Shown here: positions 58,489 to 64,000 of the stretch, piece by piece
Numbering within the stretch: the first letter of the stretch is position 1
Layout: every line of letters starts with the position of its first letter
From: Methanotrichaceae archaeon
GTDB lineage: Archaea > Halobacteriota > Methanosarcinia > Methanotrichales > Methanotrichaceae
DNA length: 64,000 nt
Direction: 5' to 3'
Assembly: GCA_963754945.1 (NCBI GenBank)
Contig: CAVWIG010000024.1
Coordinates: forward strand, 32,001 to 96,000
Translations under genes and position numbers: made by a program
Notes under the pieces: model-generated
Databases searched by the model: none
The model's input: the letters and a program-made list of their open reading frames with translations, nothing else
Told to the model about the DNA's origin: nothing

Positions 58489-58695
58489 AACCGACTCTTC
58501 ACCAGTATTTAAGAGTTTTCACCATTTGCACCTTGCTGTGCTTTTTGACACGGGCCAGCGCCAAGACGGTCAAAGGCCACCCCATTCAACGCGCCAATCC
58601 TGCAATGCCTGCCTCAGTAAGCTATTAATCCTTACATGTAATCCTTACAGGTTAAATTAAGTCCGACAGTTGCTATCATCATCTCTCAATCAGCT

Positions 58696-59958
58696 ATGAT
58701 CGACGTTATAATAATCCTTTGTGCCTCTGCGGGACTGATCCTAGGGGCTATCAGTGGGCTTACCCCTGGCCTGCATGTGAACAACTTCGCAGCCATGCTG
58801 CTGGCGGCTTCACCCATTTTGATGTCCTACGGCCTTTCTCCTTATCACGTGTCAACTATCATTTTGGCGGCGGCCATCTCCCAGACCTTCTTCGACGCCA
58901 TCCCAGCGGTGTTCGTGGGAGCACCCGACTCGGACACAATTCTGACGGTCCTGCCAGGCCACAGCCTCATGCTCGAAGGACGGGGGATAGAGGCCATCAG
59001 GCTATCAGCAATAGGCTCGGCAGGGTCCATCATTGCCGCTATGCTCCTGGTCTTTCCCCTATCCTGGATCTTCTCTCATTACAACGATCTTTTGATGAAG
59101 TACGTTGGAGTCTTGCTGCTGGTCATTGCTCTTTTCATGATCAAGACTGAGAACGGCCCGGTGATTGAGGGCCAGGGGTCTCTGGTCCATCTGAAGTACA
59201 AGGCCATGGCGGTCCTGGTCTTCCTGACAAGCGGTTTCTTAGGAAGCTTCGCCTTCAACCACGAGAGCATGTTCCAGTCACCCATTGGCTTGCAGCCACA
59301 GCCCATGCTGCCCCTTCTATCAGGGCTCTTCGGCGCATCCTTTCTGATAATCAGCCTTTCATCAGGGACGAGCATCCCGGAGCAGAAGGATACCGGCCTG
59401 CACATCCCCGCTGGCTCTCTGGCCAGATCGGTCTTACTTGGCAGCCTGGGCGGATCGGTGATTGCCTGGATTCCCGGGGTGTCGCCGTCCATCGCTGCCA
59501 TGGCCACGCGCTTGGGTGCTCCATCCACTGGAGAGGAGTTTCTTGTCTCCATCTCCGGGGTGAACACCGCAAACGCATTGTTCTCCCTGGTAGCCCTTTA
59601 CGCCGTGGACAAGCCCAGGAGCGGCGCCGCTGCAGCCATAAAGGAGCTGATCACCATGAACTGGGACGTCCTAGTTCAGATGCTGGTGATAATAATAGCC
59701 GTCGGCGCAGCCTCTTATATTGCGGCCATAGGATCGGCACGGGTCTTTGCCAGAGTGATATCACGGCTGAACTACCCTCGGCTCTGCATGGGCGTGCTGG
59801 CGGGCCTGACGGCCTTGACTCTAGCCTTCACAGGATGGTTTGGGCTTTTCATCTTCGTCATCTCAACGATAGTGGGGATGATTTCACCCTTAGCTGGAAT
59901 CCGGAAGACTCACGCCATGGGAGTGCTGATGCTGCCGCTGATTGTGCATTATCTATAA
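58696..59958 (+). CDS. TctA/DUF112-like integral membrane protein
   Basis: G..SGL.PGLH.N, IP..F.GAPD, LPGH.L..EGRG.EA, P.LSGLFG. Confidence 0.85.
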   Translation: MIDVIIILCASAGLILGAISGLTPGLHVNNFAAMLLAASPILMSYGLSPYHVSTIILAAAISQTFFDAIPAVFVGAPDSDTILTVLPGHSLMLEGRGIEAIRLSAIGSAGSIIAAMLLVFPLSWIFSHYNDLLMKYVGVLLLVIALFMIKTENGPVIEGQGSLVHLKYKAMAVLVFLTSGFLGSFAFNHESMFQSPIGLQPQPMLPLLSGLFGASFLIISLSSGTSIPEQKDTGLHIPAGSLARSVLLGSLGGSVIAWIPGVSPSIAAMATRLGAPSTGEEFLVSISGVNTANALFSLVALYAVDKPRSGAAAAIKELITMNWDVLVQMLVIIIAVGAASYIAAIGSARVFARVISRLNYPRLCMGVLAGLTALTLAFTGWFGLFIFVISTIVGMISPLAGIRKTHAMGVLMLPLIVHYL

Positions 59959-60190
59959 ATGTATCAATCTCTTTGTGATTTATAAACCCACATGAGCCTA
60001 AAGATCAGGACAGAGGCTCACGCCCGAAAAATGAAAGTGATATCTGCGGGCACCACTTTCATGGGAATTAAAACACAGTTCGGGCTCAGCTATTCCAACT
60101 TAGTAAAGACGTAAGGAGATTTTTAGAACGTTGCTCGAAAGAGCAAAAGAGAATCCTAAAATGGGAATACACTTTTAAATTACAATACCT

Positions 60191-61147
60191 CTATCGAAAA
60201 AAGCTCTCTATTAGGTCCAGCGACGTGGCCTCCATCCCGCACTGCTGTAAATGATGGGCCAGCAGGTTCGACCGTTCTCCCCCGGGATGATAGACCAGCA
60301 CCTCCTGCGGAGAGACGTGCTCCACCATCCTCATCAGCCCACGGAAATCAAGGTGGTCACTGATCATGATAGTTTGGTAGGACATATCTCTCCTGCCGGT
60401 GAGCATGTACTTGTTGTTGCCCCGGACCTGGTGAAGGTTCCAGGGGGTAACCACGTTGGTGCAGTCCTTCTGGACATCGACGAATGGGCCGGAGTCTGCC
60501 ATGAGCTCTCTGGTCAAGGCAAGGCTTTCAGAGTCCATGCCTATCTCACCCTTGTACCCCATGCCCCGGATCAGTGCAACTGCACGCTGGGCCTTTCCGA
60601 AGGCGTAAGCCCCGAAGGATGCGCCTGAATCCAGGGCCTCAAAGAAGCCGGCCAGATCATCATCGAAGATGCAAGCCGGGTCCCAGGGATCTCCGTAGTT
60701 GGCCTCAGAGATAAGAAAATCGCAACGCGGCAGAGCGCTGTAGTCCTTGACATCGCCAGTGACCAGGATCCTGGTCCCGACTTCCGTCTGCCAGGAGAAG
60801 GCTGCGGAGCCTATGGTGTGGCCTGTCGGGTGGGTCTTGACCTCCACGTCTCCCACCATTATGCTCTCTCCAACGGAGAAAGTCCGACCATTATATTTGC
60901 GGCCGTAGCGTATCTCCAGTGCCCGGGCGGTCTCCACCGAGGCCACCGCTCTTTCGGAGAGCATTGCCGACTTGCCGTAGTGATCACTGTGGGCGTGCGT
61001 TATTAGGTAAACATCGGGCTGAACGCAGGCCTTGGGCGACCGGCTGGTGTCTATGGAGAAGAGATGGGAATCGAACTTTATGGACAGATGCGGCGCAGGT
61101 TTGCAGTGGCTGTTAAGCCTCCTCACAGGCTCCGCGCCAAGGTCCAT
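60191..61147 (-). CDS. Metallo-beta-lactamase fold hydrolase
   Basis: ITHAHSDH, GHTIGS, TGD, EANYG, SDH.D; ATG 61147 preferred. Confidence 0.85.
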   Translation of the reverse strand: MDLGAEPVRRLNSHCKPAPHLSIKFDSHLFSIDTSRSPKACVQPDVYLITHAHSDHYGKSAMLSERAVASVETARALEIRYGRKYNGRTFSVGESIMVGDVEVKTHPTGHTIGSAAFSWQTEVGTRILVTGDVKDYSALPRCDFLISEANYGDPWDPACIFDDDLAGFFEALDSGASFGAYAFGKAQRAVALIRGMGYKGEIGMDSESLALTRELMADSGPFVDVQKDCTNVVTPWNLHQVRGNNKYMLTGRRDMSYQTIMISDHLDFRGLMRMVEHVSPQEVLVYHPGGERSNLLAHHLQQCGMEATSLDLIESFFR

Positions 61148-61158
61148 CTGGTTACACC

Positions 61159-61431
61159 TTACTTCAGGGCGGCATCCAGGGCCGCAGTCAGCTCTTCTTT
61201 CGAGGTGACGCCCGTCCACTTGTTGAGCTCTTTGCCATCCTTCTCCAGGATCAGCGTCGGCACGACGAAGATCCCGTACTTCGAAGCCAGATCGTTCTCC
61301 TTGTCCACGTTGATCTTCTTGATCTCAGCTTTTCCCTCGAAGGCGGCCTTTATCTCTTCCAAAATCGGCCCCTGCATCCGGCAGGGTCCACACCAATCAG
61401 CGTAAAAGTCCATCAGAATCGGTTTAGCCAT
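61159..61431 (-). CDS. trxA: Thioredoxin
   Basis: DFYADWCGPC, VPTL. Confidence 0.95.
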   Translation of the reverse strand: MAKPILMDFYADWCGPCRMQGPILEEIKAAFEGKAEIKKINVDKENDLASKYGIFVVPTLILEKDGKELNKWTGVTSKEELTAALDAALK

Positions 61432-61507
61432 TTTTGTACCCTCCTCAGAGCTATCATACCCATCTATTCAAAGAATCTAACAGTTCATCCTATATCAACA
61501 TTCTATA

Positions 61508-61957
61508 TCAAACTATATCGAACTTCACCCCGATCTTGAATATCCTGACCGTGGGCAACACCAGGAGCTTTCGGCCTGTCCCTGATCTTATCTCGGTCAG
61601 GATTTCCTGAATCCTATCCTCCTTAGCGGATACCGTGAACCACATGTTATAACCAGAGTCGTTCGGTCGCAGGTAGTTGTGAGAGACCTCTTCGTACCGG
61701 TCCACAATACTCGCAACTCCTTGGGCCTCTCCTTCGGAGACCTTCATAGCCACCAGGACGCCTGCCAATCCCAGCTTCCTGATGTCCAGGATGGGACCCA
61801 GCCTGCGTACCAGCCCGTCTCTCTTCAGCTTCTCCACCCTGCTTATTACCTCATCTTCACCTAGACCAAGCTTCTCGCCTAAGGCCAGGAAGGGCTTGCT
61901 GACCAGGGGAAACTCCGCCTGTACCGCGGCCAGGATCTTCAGGTCTGTATCGTCCAT
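61508..61957 (-). CDS. ahbA: Siroheme decarboxylase subunit (Lrp/AsnC-like)
   Basis: D.KIL...Q..FPL...PF, VSHNYLR, YNMWFT; adjacent to an ahbD-like gene. Confidence 0.85.
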   Translation of the reverse strand: MDDTDLKILAAVQAEFPLVSKPFLALGEKLGLGEDEVISRVEKLKRDGLVRRLGPILDIRKLGLAGVLVAMKVSEGEAQGVASIVDRYEEVSHNYLRPNDSGYNMWFTVSAKEDRIQEILTEIRSGTGRKLLVLPTVRIFKIGVKFDIV

Positions 61958-62925
61958 CAGGCCGCCTCATAGTTGCACATGGGGTCGGATTCCAGGTAGT
62001 CGCCATTCTTGGCAAAAGCCCTTGCCCTGCATCCTCCGCAGGCAGTGCGATAGCTGCACTCTCCGCACTTGCCTTTGAGCTTCCGCTCCCTTAGCGCTTT
62101 AAAAACAACCGAGTTATCCCAGATCTCCCTAAAACTCTGCTCTCTGACGTTCCCTGCAAGCATCGACAGGTAGCCGCACGGATAGACCTCCCCCCGTCTG
62201 GAGATGAACGCGAAACTCGTCCCGGCCAGACAGCCTCCGCTCCGCCTACCGCTACCGGGCCGTGCTATCCTTGCAAACTGGGGGGCACAGGTGACCTGCA
62301 CCTCGATGGCTCTACTCGATCGCTCGAGGTCTATCAGGCGAAGCAGCTCTTCTTGCATTTCGGGGGAAATAAGATCCCCCTCTGTGCCACTCCCAGTGGG
62401 AACCAGGAAGAAAAAGTGGAGGGCCTTTGCCCCTAGACTATCCGCCAGATCAAAGATGGGCAGTATGCACCACGCATTTCTTTTCGTAATAGTGAAATTG
62501 ATCTGAAAATCTACCTTGTCACAAAGGTTCTCTATTCCTTTCATGACCTGCAGGTAGCAGCCCTGGCCACGAGCAGCATCGTGTTCTTCTGGAGTAACTC
62601 CATCTAGGCTGATGCTTATTCTGCTTACTCCAGAGGAGGCTATCTTGTCAACGATCTCTGGTGTGAGAAGGGTCCCGTTTGTGGCCAGAGAAACGCGCAA
62701 ACCCTTGGAGACCGCGTAGCGGGCTAGGAGAAAAATATCAGGCCGGAGCAGCGGCTCTCCTCCGCTGAGAATCAGCAAGGGCTTGAGAGGCGCAACCTCG
62801 TCTATGAGGGCCAGGGCCTCCTCTGTGCTAAGCTCATCCGGATCAGGCTCTGCGGTTGCCCTAGCCCGGCAGTAGCTGCACTGCAAGTTGCAGGCCGAGG
62901 TTGTCTCCCAGGCTACTATCAGCAT
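61957..62925 (-). CDS. ahbD: Radical SAM/SPASM heme synthase AhbD-like
   Basis: AWE.T..CNLQCSYCRA, LVPTG.G, TCAPQF.R, GCLAG, GKCGEC.Y...CGGCRARA. Confidence 0.8.
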   Translation of the reverse strand: MLIVAWETTSACNLQCSYCRARATAEPDPDELSTEEALALIDEVAPLKPLLILSGGEPLLRPDIFLLARYAVSKGLRVSLATNGTLLTPEIVDKIASSGVSRISISLDGVTPEEHDAARGQGCYLQVMKGIENLCDKVDFQINFTITKRNAWCILPIFDLADSLGAKALHFFFLVPTGSGTEGDLISPEMQEELLRLIDLERSSRAIEVQVTCAPQFARIARPGSGRRSGGCLAGTSFAFISRRGEVYPCGYLSMLAGNVREQSFREIWDNSVVFKALRERKLKGKCGECSYRTACGGCRARAFAKNGDYLESDPMCNYEAA

Positions 62926-63954
62926 TTAAAGGATGCCTTTCTTGTGAAGCAACTCGGCGTTCAGTATGCTAGCGCCCGCTGCGCCGCGAACCGTGTTGTG
63001 GCCCATTGCGATGAACCTTATCCCCGACCTTATCCTGCCAACGGAGACGGACATGCCGTTGCCTCGGTTGCGGTCAAGGCGTGGCTGAGGCCTATCAACC
63101 TCATCCTTGACTATTAGCGCCTTCTTGGGCGATGTAGGCAGGTCTCCCAGGCCAGGGTCGAAGTCGAGCATTGCCTGTCGTACCTCCTTTGGAGTGGGGT
63201 TATCCCTCATGGTGACCCAGACAGCCTCGGTGTGTCCATCCATGACCGGGACACGGTGGCAGCTAGCGCTGACGCTGAAATCGGCGGGCACTATCTTCTC
63301 TCCATCGAAGTCGCCGAGGATCTTCTGTGGCTCCGTCTCCACCTTCTCCTCCTCGCCTCCGATGTAGGGGATCACATTGCCAAGGATTGCCATGGAGGGA
63401 ACGCCCTCGTAGCCTGCGCCGCTCACGGCCTGCATCGATGCAACGTGAACGGTCTGGATTCCGAACTTCATGAGCGGTTTCAGGGCCAGAGTGAACATTA
63501 CCGTCGTGCAATTGGGGTTGGTTGTGAGGTAGCCGTCCCAGCCTCTCTTCTCCTGCTGCACTTTTATAAGATCCAGGTGCTCGTAGTTGCACTCGGGAAT
63601 GAGAAGCGGCACATCAGATACCATTCGATAAGAGCTGGTGTTGCTTGCCACGGCAAAGCCAGCGGCTGCGAAGGCGGGCTCGGCAGTTTTCGCCTCGTCC
63701 GCCGGAAGCGCTGAGAATACAATGTCAGCATCGACCTCTTTCGGGTCCACGTTCACTACTGTCATCTCGGCTACGTCTGCGGGAAGCTCGCTCTCCAGAC
63801 GCCACCTGGCTGCTTCCTTGTACTTCTTGCCTGCACTCCGCTCAGAAGCGGCTATGCTGGTAATCTCGAACCACGGATGGTTTTGTAATCCCTCGATGAA
63901 ACGCTGTCCTACCGCGCCGGTGGCGCCTAAGACGCCTGCTTTGATCTTGGCCAT
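62926..63954 (-). CDS. asd: Aspartate-semialdehyde dehydrogenase
   Basis: GATGAVGQ, NPNCTT, QAVSGAG, RVPV.DGH, HNTVRGAAG. Confidence 0.97.
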   Translation of the reverse strand: MAKIKAGVLGATGAVGQRFIEGLQNHPWFEITSIAASERSAGKKYKEAARWRLESELPADVAEMTVVNVDPKEVDADIVFSALPADEAKTAEPAFAAAGFAVASNTSSYRMVSDVPLLIPECNYEHLDLIKVQQEKRGWDGYLTTNPNCTTVMFTLALKPLMKFGIQTVHVASMQAVSGAGYEGVPSMAILGNVIPYIGGEEEKVETEPQKILGDFDGEKIVPADFSVSASCHRVPVMDGHTEAVWVTMRDNPTPKEVRQAMLDFDPGLGDLPTSPKKALIVKDEVDRPQPRLDRNRGNGMSVSVGRIRSGIRFIAMGHNTVRGAAGASILNAELLHKKGIL

Positions 63955-64000
63955 CAATCATCACCTAAACTGGTTTGGCCTTACTTGCAGGGGTGTATAT

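Overview
Archaeal chromosome segment whose gene content and order point to a methanogen of the Methanothrix/Methanotrichaceae type (inferred, not database-confirmed). Position 1-13.3 kb is an accessory island of secreted, repeat-rich proteins around a membrane-bound single-module NRPS of the epsilon-poly-lysine-synthetase (Pls/PosA) type with its own Sfp-type PPTase. The NRPS and two secreted-protein genes share a fixed-spacing promoter motif (TTCGTTC(G/T)G-N11-(T/A)ATATCGTTCAA), suggesting a co-regulated extracellular polymer system. The rest is mostly core genes: radA-rpa-atwA-like-metG, trpBA with 10-bp-phased TRP boxes, xseAB, frameshifted sfsA, cbiMNQO, larB, thermosome, purC, a Tes-like radical SAM/UbiA/GT2 operon, cbiP, the rpl18e-rpl13-rps9-rpoN-tRNAPro-rpoK-rps2-mevalonate/GGPP superoperon, and ahbAD-asd. 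Mobile elements are two IS701, one IS256, two IS5 and MITEs. Three separate insertions break one PIN-domain gene that can be rebuilt in frame. Two unannotated structured-RNA candidates were found: a promoter-driven C-rich hairpin sRNA and an SD-sequestering rpl18e leader.
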